Source: Candidatus Hydrogenedentota bacterium | Lineage (GTDB): Bacteria; Hydrogenedentota; Hydrogenedentia; Hydrogenedentales; SLHB01 | DNA: 16,961 bases | Assembly (NCBI GenBank): GCA_963745075.1 | Contig: CAVUWV010000035.1 | Location: forward strand, 1 to 16,961 | Reading direction: 5' to 3' | In this document: piece by piece, positions 7,659 to 16,405 of the stretch | Layout: the number at the start of each line of letters is the position of its first letter | Numbering within the stretch: the first letter of the stretch is position 1 | The notes under the pieces: generated by a model | The model's input: only the letters and a program-made list of their open reading frames with translations | Database searches by the model: none | Told to the model about the DNA's origin: nothing | Program-made: the position numbers and the translations under genes

Positions 7659-8441
7659 ATGGATTATTCGCATCTCGTCCTCGAGTTTTCCGGCCATCAT
7701 GCCACAATTACCTTGAGCCGGCCCAAGGTCAACGCATTGTCATCGGAGTTGATCGCGGAAGTTGGGCGAGCCCTGGATACCAGCGAATCGTACAGCGGTG
7801 TTCGGGCCATCGTCATTACCGGCGGCGAGGGCAAGTTCTTTTGCGGCGGGGCGGATATCCCGGCGCTGAAGGAGTCGCTGGACAACCCGTTTGGCCCGGG
7901 ATCGCCGTTGCCCGCGGGGATTGAGCTGATGGAGCGAATCGAGTCGAGCGCAATCCCCGTTATCGCCGCCATCAACGGTTTTGCGCTTGGCGGCGGTTGC
8001 GAGTTGGCGATGGCTTGTCATGTGCGGATCGCTTCGGATGCCGCCGTCTTCGGGCAACCCGAGATCAATCTGGGCATCGTTCCCGGCTGGGGCGGGTGTC
8101 ATCGATTGCCCCGGCTGATTGGTGAATCCCGAGCCGTCGAGTGGCTGTTGACGGGGCGAATGGTCAACGCGCAGGAAGCGTTGGAATCGGGATTGATCGC
8201 GAAAGTCGTTCCGGGAGAACAGCTTCCGGAAGCGGCTTCGGAAATGGCGGAAATGTTAGCGGCGAAGCCGCCGGTCGCGGTGAAGGCGATTCTGCGTGCC
8301 GTGCATGAACGGGCAAGTCATCCGGAGGCCGGCAAATCCCTGGAAGCGGAAGCCTTTGCCGAATGCGCCGCCAGCGTGGATGCTCGTGAAGGTATCGCGG
8401 CGTTTCTGGAGAAACGCGCGCCGCAGTTCCAGGGGAAATGA
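7659..8441 (+). CDS. Enoyl-CoA hydratase/isomerase (crotonase family)
   Basis: TITLSRPKVNALS, FFCGGADI, PVIAAINGFALGGGCELAMAC, FGQPEINLGIVPGWGG (both catalytic Glu positions present), DAREGIAAFLEKRAP. ATG 7659 follows GAGGG. Confidence 0.95.
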   Translation: MDYSHLVLEFSGHHATITLSRPKVNALSSELIAEVGRALDTSESYSGVRAIVITGGEGKFFCGGADIPALKESLDNPFGPGSPLPAGIELMERIESSAIPVIAAINGFALGGGCELAMACHVRIASDAAVFGQPEINLGIVPGWGGCHRLPRLIGESRAVEWLLTGRMVNAQEALESGLIAKVVPGEQLPEAASEMAEMLAAKPPVAVKAILRAVHERASHPEAGKSLEAEAFAECAASVDAREGIAAFLEKRAPQFQGK

Positions 8442-8442
8442 C

Positions 8443-10776
8443 TTGCGTTTCGTATTAGTCCCGCTGATCACATTGATCGTCGTCTGCGACGCCGGCGCGT
8501 TTGAAGCGGGCGCCGCGAAGGTGGAAATCACGCCCCCTCTTGGCACCCCTCTGAACGGCTACTACGACCGATTGGGCCGAGGCGCCGCCGATGTGCACGA
8601 TCCGGTTTGGGTGCGCTGTCTTTACATCAGCGACGGCGAAACTGCCGTCTTCCTGTTGAATGCCGATCTGTGCATCATCAACCGGGAACTGCACGACCGG
8701 GTTCTGGAACTTGCGCCGGAGATCGTGCCGCCCGAAAACATCATCATGACCGCGACGCACACGCACAGCGCGCAAGGGGCTATGAACCATGAGTTGCTCG
8801 CACGGTCAATCACCGGGCGGTACATGCCGGAGATTTTGGAGTCCACCGCCCGGCGTTTTGTCGAAGCCATGGGTTCCGCCTACGACAAGCGTATGCGCGC
8901 CACGATCGGTTACGGCACGACGAAGCAGGAAGGTCTCACCGAAAACCGTCAGATTCCGGACGGGCCGGTCGACGAACAGGTTGGCGTGATTCGGGTGGAA
9001 GATTCCGACGGAAACGCCATTGCCATTATCGGCAACCTCGCGGCACATCCTACAACCGTCGGGGGCGACGACAAGTTTTCCGTGTCGGCGGATTATCCCG
9101 GGTACTTCTACGATGAAGTCGAGCGCCAGGCGGAGCCGGGGTGCGTCGCCATGTTCTTGAACGGCGCCGAAGGCAACCAACGCCCTGCGAACCCGAAAAA
9201 CCTTTCGGGATGGGCGCGCACCGAATCCGTCGGTAAAACGCTGGCCGCACTGGTGCTCGAAGCCTCGGAAAAGATTGCGTGCAAGGAGGCCAAGCTCCAC
9301 GTCGGGTATGCGACGCCCGCGCTGCCGCCCACAATTGCCAGCGCGTTCATGCCGGAGCAAACCATCCTCCAGACGCTGGAAATCGACAATCTCCTGCTCA
9401 CCTTTTTCCCGGGTGAACCGTGTGTCGAAATCGGACTTGAATTGCGGCGCCAAGCGCGCAGCCGCGGATACGGCAATCAGTTCACGGTCGGACTCGCGAA
9501 CGACCACCTCCTGTATTTTGTGCCGGAGGAACTCTACGGAACGCTCACCTACGAGTGCGGCATGAACATGTACGGACCTCGAATCGATCGCTGGTTCTAC
9601 GATCGATTCGCGGAACTTATGACCAAGGGAGACCTTGCCGAGCCGCCGGCTGCGCCCGAACCGGCCAAAATCGAAGCGATCGACGGCGCCGAGCAGCTTC
9701 GATTGAAGGGCGATGCCTATGCGCAGGGTTATGCGCGCGGCGGGGCTTTTGGCGAGGCAATTCAGTCCGCTTACGACGATTACGTCGTTGCCCGCTGCAC
9801 GTCCGGCGAGTGGATTCCGAGCACTGGTCTCTGGTCGTGGGCGCCGCCGTTCTTTGACCAGACGCCTCTCGCGCTCCCGAGGCTGGCAATCGGCGCACGA
9901 CCGATGCTGGCCGGACTTGCGCCCGAGCGGCTCAAAGAGATCGAGGGCATTGCCGACGGCACAGGGCTCCCCTTCGATGCCATCTGGCTTACGCAGTGCG
10001 CGCCGACGTACGCCGCCCGAACCGATGTGACTACCCTGTACCGTTCGCCGTTCTGCACCATGGTCGCCGCCGTGGGCGATAAGGCCGGCGCCGACGATTG
10101 TGTGGTCGGGCGGAATTTCGATTGGTCCGAGCCGGAGTCCCCGGTGGTACTGGACACGTATCCCCAGGGCGGCCGGCACTTCATTGCGATTGGATTTCCG
10201 TGGAGCGCGGGCGTCTTCACCGGGATGAATGACGCCGGTGTCGTCGTTTCGGTCGAGCGCGTGGAAAATCGGGGAGAACCGTCGCTGGACGTGCCGCCCA
10301 TCGAATTCCTCGTTCGGGACGTGCTTGAGACGGCCGCCGACCCAGCTTCCGCGATAGAGATGCTAAAGGCCAACGCGAAAACCAGTGGATACCACGTGCT
10401 TGTTGCCGGGCCTTCGGGAGTGGAATCCCGAGTGCTGGAATTGGGAAGCACCGTGGTCGTGCGTGAACCGGTAGACGGGGTTCTCCTGGGCATCGATCCC
10501 GCTTCCGGCGCGGGTGACGAAGACGCGGTAGCCCGCTACCAGCGCATCGCGGAACTTGTTTCGACGGAACGCATCGTTTCCGCGGACGAAATGGGCGCTT
10601 TTCTGCAGGATCGCGCGGCCGGCCGGTCCGGGCAGGCCACCATACGCAACGAATGGACAAGGTATAGTGTTGTCTTTGAACCCAAATCCCGAAAACTGCT
10701 CGTCGCCGTACTCGACGGTTTGGCGGGCGAGGCGCAGTACCGCGCCCTCTCGCTCGTCGGGGGGAACGCGCCATGA
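8443..10776 (+). CDS. Secreted two-domain amidohydrolase: N-terminal neutral/alkaline ceramidase domain fused to C-terminal Ntn-hydrolase (peptidase C45/acid-ceramidase-like) domain
   Basis: TTG 8443 after AGGGGA gives the signal-like MRFVLVPLITLIVVCDAGA|FEAG. N-domain: GAAKVEITPP...LNGY, HDP, ATHTHS, AAHPT, SADYPG, NGAEGNQ, PGEP, GLAND..Y. C-domain: G.AYAQGYARG, EIEGIADG, F-C-T nucleophile site (TGC 10054-10056), VGRNFDW, GVFTGMNDAGV. Confidence 0.82.
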   Translation: MRFVLVPLITLIVVCDAGAFEAGAAKVEITPPLGTPLNGYYDRLGRGAADVHDPVWVRCLYISDGETAVFLLNADLCIINRELHDRVLELAPEIVPPENIIMTATHTHSAQGAMNHELLARSITGRYMPEILESTARRFVEAMGSAYDKRMRATIGYGTTKQEGLTENRQIPDGPVDEQVGVIRVEDSDGNAIAIIGNLAAHPTTVGGDDKFSVSADYPGYFYDEVERQAEPGCVAMFLNGAEGNQRPANPKNLSGWARTESVGKTLAALVLEASEKIACKEAKLHVGYATPALPPTIASAFMPEQTILQTLEIDNLLLTFFPGEPCVEIGLELRRQARSRGYGNQFTVGLANDHLLYFVPEELYGTLTYECGMNMYGPRIDRWFYDRFAELMTKGDLAEPPAAPEPAKIEAIDGAEQLRLKGDAYAQGYARGGAFGEAIQSAYDDYVVARCTSGEWIPSTGLWSWAPPFFDQTPLALPRLAIGARPMLAGLAPERLKEIEGIADGTGLPFDAIWLTQCAPTYAARTDVTTLYRSPFCTMVAAVGDKAGADDCVVGRNFDWSEPESPVVLDTYPQGGRHFIAIGFPWSAGVFTGMNDAGVVVSVERVENRGEPSLDVPPIEFLVRDVLETAADPASAIEMLKANAKTSGYHVLVAGPSGVESRVLELGSTVVVREPVDGVLLGIDPASGAGDEDAVARYQRIAELVSTERIVSADEMGAFLQDRAAGRSGQATIRNEWTRYSVVFEPKSRKLLVAVLDGLAGEAQYRALSLVGGNAP

Positions 10777-12353
10777 GCGACACCGTACGCAATTACACCG
10801 GTCAGGCAGGATCCCTTCGTTCCAGTGGGCGACGCCGGAGTGGTCGCCACGTTATCCGCAGAATCGTCTTGCCGTTGCTCGTTCTGTTAGTCCTCGCGGG
10901 ATGGTGGGTGACGCGCGATACCTATGAATTTACGGACTGCATACCGGGAGGCCAGCGATTCACGATGGTTCTCGCCGAACCGTTGCAGGCGCGGGATCGA
11001 ATCGTGCAGTCGCGCGTGTGGCAAGCGATACCCGCGTCGTGGACCGGCCCGGTGCGGCCCGACACGCTATCATCGGATCTGGGGTTGCCGGAATGGGTTC
11101 TGAACAACATCGTTCACCAGCGCGTCATTTTAACGGGCAATCGCGTAGATGAGTCCCCGGATATCGTCGCGCTGACCCGTATGACGCGCATAGGAACCAT
11201 CCTCGAACGGTTCCACGGTTGGTTTTCGGGAGTGGAAGACGACTACGCCGGTGGACTTCGACTGCGGTCGATTCCCGAGCAGGATTTGTATTACGCCGTG
11301 CGGGGTAGAATTCTGGTGGCCAGCCCGTCGCGAAGTGCGTTGATACGAGCCCTCACCCTTACCGGAGCGGACACGTTACGGCCGGAGAAATTCGACGAAC
11401 TCGTCCAAGCCGGCAACGAGGACCTTCGCGGCACGTGGACCACCCTGGCGGGATCTCCACTCGCGGACACCTTCGAATCGATCGCTTTCGCGGTTCGCAT
11501 CGATGCGGACTCCGCCAAGGCGAAATGCCGGGGACGTCTCCGGCCGGACGCCGCCAATCGGCTGGCCGCGGTTGTGAACGAGGCACGACCGGTTACGCTC
11601 GAGCAACCTCCCCCGGGGATGATCGAGTTGTCTGCCAACTTGGGTCGACCGATTCGGGACATGTGGGGGAGCCTTGGCGAGATCGCGGGGGTGTCGTGGT
11701 TGTCCGATGCCCAATGGAAAGCCTGGGAAGAGGGCGATCCCGACCGACCGCCGGGGATCGCGCAGTTCATTACGAACTTGCTGGGTGAAGCGGGACCGGG
11801 TATCCGGTTGTCACTCACCGGTGTCGACGTAAACGAGATGGTCCCGATGCCGCTGCTCGCGGGTACGGTGGATGCGGACCCCAATCGAATCGAAAAGGAT
11901 TTTGAATCGATTCCGCCGGCGCCGGATTCGGTCAAGCCGTGGGATTCTGTTCCCCGGTACGAAGCGGACGAACGGTTGGCGTACGTGCCGATGATTGGCG
12001 GGCCATCACTCGAACCCGCCGCTACGTTCTATCACGACGCGTTGCTGGTCAGTAGCAGCCGAAAGGTCGCCGAGGCCATCCTGGCAACAAACGAGCCGGA
12101 ACAGGATTTGTCCGAACCGGGGAATCTGTTTATCCGGGTTCATCCCGCTCCGTTGGTCGAAGCGATTACGGAATCGGGCCGTTTGTTGGCCGAATTCAAC
12201 GGACTTCGCGGGTATACCGGCGATTCCTTCGAAGATGCAGCGGCCCAATGGAAGGCGTCTGCGTCGGTCGTCAAGGAAGTCTCGGCCCTGGCGTCCATTG
12301 ACGAAGGGGCGATCGATCTGGAATTGCGCGTCGTTTGCGGCGACGCCAGCTAA
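10773..12353 (+). CDS. Hypothetical membrane-anchored protein (526 aa)
   Basis: ATGA overlap with the upstream gene; basic N-terminus followed by one hydrophobic helix (IVLPLLVLLVLAGWWV) and a long soluble domain; family not recognised. Confidence 0.8.
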   Translation: MSDTVRNYTGQAGSLRSSGRRRSGRHVIRRIVLPLLVLLVLAGWWVTRDTYEFTDCIPGGQRFTMVLAEPLQARDRIVQSRVWQAIPASWTGPVRPDTLSSDLGLPEWVLNNIVHQRVILTGNRVDESPDIVALTRMTRIGTILERFHGWFSGVEDDYAGGLRLRSIPEQDLYYAVRGRILVASPSRSALIRALTLTGADTLRPEKFDELVQAGNEDLRGTWTTLAGSPLADTFESIAFAVRIDADSAKAKCRGRLRPDAANRLAAVVNEARPVTLEQPPPGMIELSANLGRPIRDMWGSLGEIAGVSWLSDAQWKAWEEGDPDRPPGIAQFITNLLGEAGPGIRLSLTGVDVNEMVPMPLLAGTVDADPNRIEKDFESIPPAPDSVKPWDSVPRYEADERLAYVPMIGGPSLEPAATFYHDALLVSSSRKVAEAILATNEPEQDLSEPGNLFIRVHPAPLVEAITESGRLLAEFNGLRGYTGDSFEDAAAQWKASASVVKEVSALASIDEGAIDLELRVVCGDAS

Positions 12354-12374
12354 AAGCGCAAGAGTGCCCGGTCC

Positions 12375-12383
12375 TGGTATACT
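12375..12383 (+). promoter_or_regulatory. Possible extended -10 promoter (TGgTATACT) for scpA
   Basis: TGnTATACT in the intergenic gap, directly before the repeat array; no clear -35. Confidence 0.4.
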
Positions 12384-12473
12384 GGGGCGCGCAGGGCCCC
12401 ATCACGGGGCACGCAGGGCCCCATCACGGGGCACGCAGGGCCCCATCACGGGGCACGCAGGGCCCCATCACGG
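12384..12473. repeat. Tandem repeat, 4 x 22 bp GGGGCACGCAGGGCCCCATCAC
   Basis: Units start at 12384, 12406, 12428 and 12450; the first has one substitution; no spacers. Confidence 0.95.
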
Positions 12474-12528
12474 AAGAGTTGTGAAGGGGGATTGACATCC
12501 CCGAACTGGAACCGTTTCAGGACGACCT

Positions 12529-13368
12529 ATGACCGAGGAATTACAAGGGGCCTCCGGCAATCCGGAGGGTTCCGTTGAAGCCGAGTTTATCGTTGACGAA
12601 GCGACAGACGAAGTCCTTCGGTTGCACCTCGACAAGTTCGAGGGGCCGCTGGAGGTGCTTCTCTATCTCATTAAATCACAGGAAATCGATATCCTCGATA
12701 TTCCCATCGTGACGATTACGGAGCAGTACCTCCGTTTTCTCGAACTGATGCACGAAGAGAATCTGGACGTTACCGGCGATTTCCTCGTCATGGCGGCGAC
12801 CCTCATTCAGATCAAGTCCCGCATGCTGCTTCCCGCCGACGTTGAAACGGATGAGGAAGAAGAGTTCGACGAGGAAGACCCGCGGTTGGAGTTGGTGGAT
12901 AAGCTGCTCGAGTACCGGCGATACCGGGAAGTGACCGAGCGGTTGAAGTTTTTGGAACAGGAGCGGCAGCGTTGGTTTGCCCGGGAAGTGAAGCCTGTCT
13001 TTGAAAAGCCCTCCGAGGAGGAAGAAGAACTCCTGGAGGTCACACTCCACGATCTCGTACAGGCCTTTCGCGGGGTGTTGCGGTTCTTTACCGACGATCT
13101 GGTCCACACCATCGAAGGTGAAGGCGCGTCCGTCGACGAGAAGATCGAATACATCGAGGATCGACTCGCCCGCGAAGGCAGCGTGGCCTGGACGGAGATC
13201 TTCAAGGACTGTCGCAGCCGCATGGAGTTGGTGTGTTGTTTCCTCGCCATCCTCGAGATGTGCCGAATGGGCCGGCTCCGCGCGCATCAACACCATGCGT
13301 TTGAGGAAATCCGGCTGTTCCCGCCCGCCGAGCAGTTGGAGGCCGCTGCGGAGAACGCTTCTGCGTGA
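12529..13368 (+). CDS. scpA: Segregation and condensation protein A (SMC kleisin)
   Basis: LDKFEGPLEVLLYLI...DI.DIPIV.ITEQYL, GDFLVMAATLIQIKSRMLLP, EDPR.ELV.KLLEY, C-terminal FLAILEM...Q...FEEI. Confidence 0.95.
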   Translation: MTEELQGASGNPEGSVEAEFIVDEATDEVLRLHLDKFEGPLEVLLYLIKSQEIDILDIPIVTITEQYLRFLELMHEENLDVTGDFLVMAATLIQIKSRMLLPADVETDEEEEFDEEDPRLELVDKLLEYRRYREVTERLKFLEQERQRWFAREVKPVFEKPSEEEEELLEVTLHDLVQAFRGVLRFFTDDLVHTIEGEGASVDEKIEYIEDRLAREGSVAWTEIFKDCRSRMELVCCFLAILEMCRMGRLRAHQHHAFEEIRLFPPAEQLEAAAENASA

Positions 13369-13751
13369 AGTGGCCCTGGACCAAACGCGAACGCAAGCCG
13401 CTGGGACGGCGCGGAGAGGATCTCGCCGCTCGTCATCTCAAACGTTCCGGCTACCGTATCCTCGAACGAAACGTGGTCTTGGGCCGGTATGAAATCGACA
13501 TCATCGCCCGGGAAGGCGATACCGTTGCTTTCGTGGAAGTGAAGACCCGCGTCACCGACAGCTTTGCCGATCCCGAAGCCAACGTAACTCCCGATAAGCA
13601 GCGCCGCATTCGTCAAGCCGCGCACCGTTATATGGACGCGCAAGACGACCCCAACATGTATTATCGTTTCGACATCGTCTCCGTTCTCATTCCGGACGAC
13701 GGACCGCCGACGGTTACGTTGCACCGCGATGCGTTTGCAGACAGTCGCTGA
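13365..13751 (+). CDS. yraN: YraN family (UPF0102) endonuclease-like protein
   Basis: LGRRGEDLAARHL...GYRILERN...EIDIIAREGDTVAFVEVKTR...KQRRI..AA..Y...RFDIVSV...DAF; GTGA overlap with the scpA stop. Confidence 0.93.
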   Translation: MKWPWTKRERKPLGRRGEDLAARHLKRSGYRILERNVVLGRYEIDIIAREGDTVAFVEVKTRVTDSFADPEANVTPDKQRRIRQAAHRYMDAQDDPNMYYRFDIVSVLIPDDGPPTVTLHRDAFADSR

Positions 13752-13757
13752 CCGAAT

Positions 13758-15957
13758 CTATGCGATGATCGCGACCGGCACTTTTTTGAACGCCGGGGTG
13801 CGCGACGCGGGATCGTGCGTGCGCGGCACGAGCACATTCGCCTCGGGGTAGTACATGGCCACGTTGCCGGGACGGATCTCCAATTCGCGTACAAGCACGT
13901 TGCTCAGCGCTCCTGCGGACGTACGTACCGTCACCGGCTGATCGAGTTGCAGGCCGAGCCGTTCGCGGTCGGACGGGTGCATCATGATGACGTCGCGCCG
14001 ATCCTGGCCGCGATAGACGTCTTCCTCTTCGTACACCACCGTGTTGAATTGTCCTTCCGAACGCAGCGTCATCAGCGTGAGACCGCTTTCCACTCGTGCG
14101 GGTGGCAACGACAGGGCGTGGAACTGCGCCTTGCCGGACGGCGTTTTGAACTTCGGGCTCATGGAACGTGCGGCCGCCGATCTGAAATTCCTGTTTGTGG
14201 CCGGCCACGTGTTCGATGGCCTCGTACCCGGGGATGATCTTGGCGATGACGGCGCGGATGCCGTCGTGTTCTTCCATCGCGTGCCAATCGATTGGGCCAT
14301 CCTTGTCGAAGAGCTTCTGTGCCAGGGCGGCGACGATTTCGACCTCGCTCCGCGGACCCTCGTACCGCGCGGGGCCGCCGTCGCTCAGGCGGACGTAGTT
14401 GAACATGGACTCCTGCGTCGTGGATTGGCGCTCCTCGTCCCGCGCGAGGACGGGCAGGATGATGGTTTCTTTGCCGAGTCCCATGGCGTGGCCGGTATTC
14501 AATGTTGTGCTCAGATACACGACGAGGTCGATCTTGCTCAACGCTTCTCGCGCGAAATCCGCATCCGGATTCGCACCATAAAGGTTCCCTCCCACGCAGA
14601 AGGCGAACCGGACTCCACCTTCCGCCGCGCGCTCCATACTCGCTAACGTGTCGAGTCCTGGAGTCGTCGGTGCGGTGAATCCGAAATTCTCCTCAAGGCG
14701 TTTTAACACCGCGGTCTTCAACTTCGGCGTGACCCCCATCGAACCGATACCTTGCACATTGCTGTGCCCGCGAATGGGAAGCAGTCCCGCGTTGGGTTTA
14801 CCCACCATGCCGCGCATCATCGCGAGATTCGCCAGCATCTGTACGTTCTGTACGCCGTGCTCGTGATGGGTGATGCCCATGGCCCAGGCAAAGATGGTGC
14901 CCTTCGACTTGGCATACATCTCGATGACGCGCGCCATCGTCTCGCGATCCACACCGGAAGCTTTGACAATGTCCTGCCACGTCAACCCATTCACCCAATC
15001 GCGGAACGCTTCCCAGTGTTCGCAATGTCCTTGAATGAAGTCGTGATCCAACGTGTATTGCTCGCGATCGAGTAATCCCTTCGCAATGCCCGCGAAGAAG
15101 GCAATGTCGGCGCCGATGTGCGGTTGCACGTATACATCGGCAATGGGTGAACCAAACAACATGCTCCGCACCTTCGACGGCACGCGGAAGTTTACAAGGC
15201 CCACTTCACGGATGGGGTTGACCACGACCACCTTGCCGCCGCGGGCTTTCATGTTGACGATGGTCGACATGAGCCGCGGATGGTTCGACGCCGGATTCGC
15301 GCCCACAAGGAATAGCAGATCGCAGTGCTCAACGTCGTCCAAAACGACGCTGGCCGTGCCGGAGCCGTACACGCTCGCGAGGCCGACCCCGGACGCTTGG
15401 TGGCAGTAGTACGAGCAGTTGTTCACGTTGTTCGTGCCGTACTGCCGCGCAAACAATTGGAGCAGAAAACCGGCCTCGTTCGACGAACGGCCGCTGAAGT
15501 AGAAGAAGGAGTCATCGGGCCGGTGGTCTTCAGCTTCTCCGCGATGCGGTCCAAGCGCGGCGTCCCACGAGATCGGCCGGTAATGCGTGGCGCCCGGCTC
15601 TGCCGTCACGGGTTCGACAAGGCGTCCAGAGGCTTCCATTTCACGGGAACTGAACCCTTGGAGGTCGGCGAGGCTGACGGTGCGGAAGAAGTCCTCGCGC
15701 ACGCGGCCTTGCATATCCGCCACCATGGCCTGAATAGATTTCTTGCAGACCTCCGGGAAATGGCCGCGCTCGTTCACCATGCCGCCCAGTTGACCGCCCA
15801 TGCCCAGCGCACAGGTCTTGCACGCATTCTTGCTACGCAACGCCGTGAACAACGCGAGGAATCCGCCGGCCTGCCGCGCCTTCCGCAACGTATAGAGAAT
15901 CGACGGCCAGCCACCGCCGGATTTGGGTTTGGGGCGCGCAGAACAGGAATCGGACAT
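13758..15957 (-). CDS. FdhF/YdeP-family molybdopterin oxidoreductase alpha subunit, with apparent frameshifts
   Basis: ATG 15957 after GGAG; GGGW, CKTC...EVCKK, YFSGRSSNEA, GTNNVNNCSYYCHQASG (Cys-His site), GANPASNHPR, WAMGITHH, PIRGHSNVQG. The C-terminal part (KFKTPSGKAQF...LMTLRSEGQFNTVVY...D.YRG...YYPEANVLV...DPASRTPAFK) is in the 13758..14300 frame, joined by a +1 shift at GGG 14155-14157. Confidence 0.9.
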
Positions 15958-16015
15958 GGTGGTTCTCCAGGAACGGAATTCGGACGAATTGCTTGCTTCG
16001 CAACCTTGCAGGATC

Positions 16016-16044
16016 ATTATCGCGCCGTCGCGCGGAGTTGGCAA
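16016..16044 (-). promoter_or_regulatory. Sigma70-type promoter TTGCCA-N17-GATAAT for the FdhF/YdeP gene
   Basis: -35 at 16039-16044, -10 at 16016-16021, about 60 nt upstream of the ATG. Confidence 0.55.
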
Positions 16045-16055
16045 GTGTGGGACCC

Positions 16056-16115
16056 CGGACGGACACGGACCGGCACGGACGGACTCGGACGGACTCGGAC
16101 CGGCACGGACGGATT
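16056..16115. repeat. Tandem repeat, 6 x 10 bp (CGGACGGACW / CGGACCGGCA)
   Basis: cggacggaca cggaccggca cggacggact cggacggact cggaccggca cggacggatt; three degenerate ATGGACnnnn units follow at 16131-16156. Confidence 0.85.
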
Positions 16116-16369
16116 GCAGTACGGGCAGGTATGGACGAACATGGACCTAGATGGACCCGCCTTGGTTGGAGAGCTGTGGTGTGGTGGAGGTTGGCTCGGT
16201 GGATTGAGACTCGAAGTGGCCGGTGGGTGGGCCGGTGTATGTGGACTCGGCGTGGGCTCGGAGGGGAGAGCCGATGGGGAAGGCTTTGGGAGGCGTTCGG
16301 GGCCTTCCAAAAAGTGTTTACCCTACGAAGTTGCCTCGGTCCCCTTCGTCTTTTCTTTTCTGATACTGC

Positions 16370-16398
16370 TTGACCCCCTCGCACAATCCCACCATAAT
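16370..16398 (+). promoter_or_regulatory. Sigma70-type promoter TTGACC-N17-CATAAT
   Basis: -35 at 16370-16375, -10 at 16393-16398, T-rich UP-like tract upstream. Confidence 0.6.
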
Positions 16399-16405
16399 TC
16401 GTCCC

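Noticed and set aside
8296..8442. Upstream start of the ceramidase fusion (826-aa version)
   Set aside because: It overlaps ECH by 146 nt; TTG 8443 has an RBS and yields a signal peptide.
8806..10179. Long antisense ORFs (457 aa here; also 3374..4228, 4694..5458, 15325..16443)
   Set aside because: Shadow frames of real genes, as expected in high-GC DNA.
12384..12473. CRISPR array
   Set aside because: Units are contiguous with no unique spacers, and no cas genes are present.
13752..13757. Bidirectional terminator between convergent yraN and the FdhF/YdeP gene
   Set aside because: Only 6 bp separate the stop codons and no hairpin with a U-tract is evident.
13714..14154. C-terminus of the 776-aa ORF as given in the track
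   Set aside because: Arg-rich off-frame sequence that overlaps yraN; the true domain is in the 13758..14300 frame.
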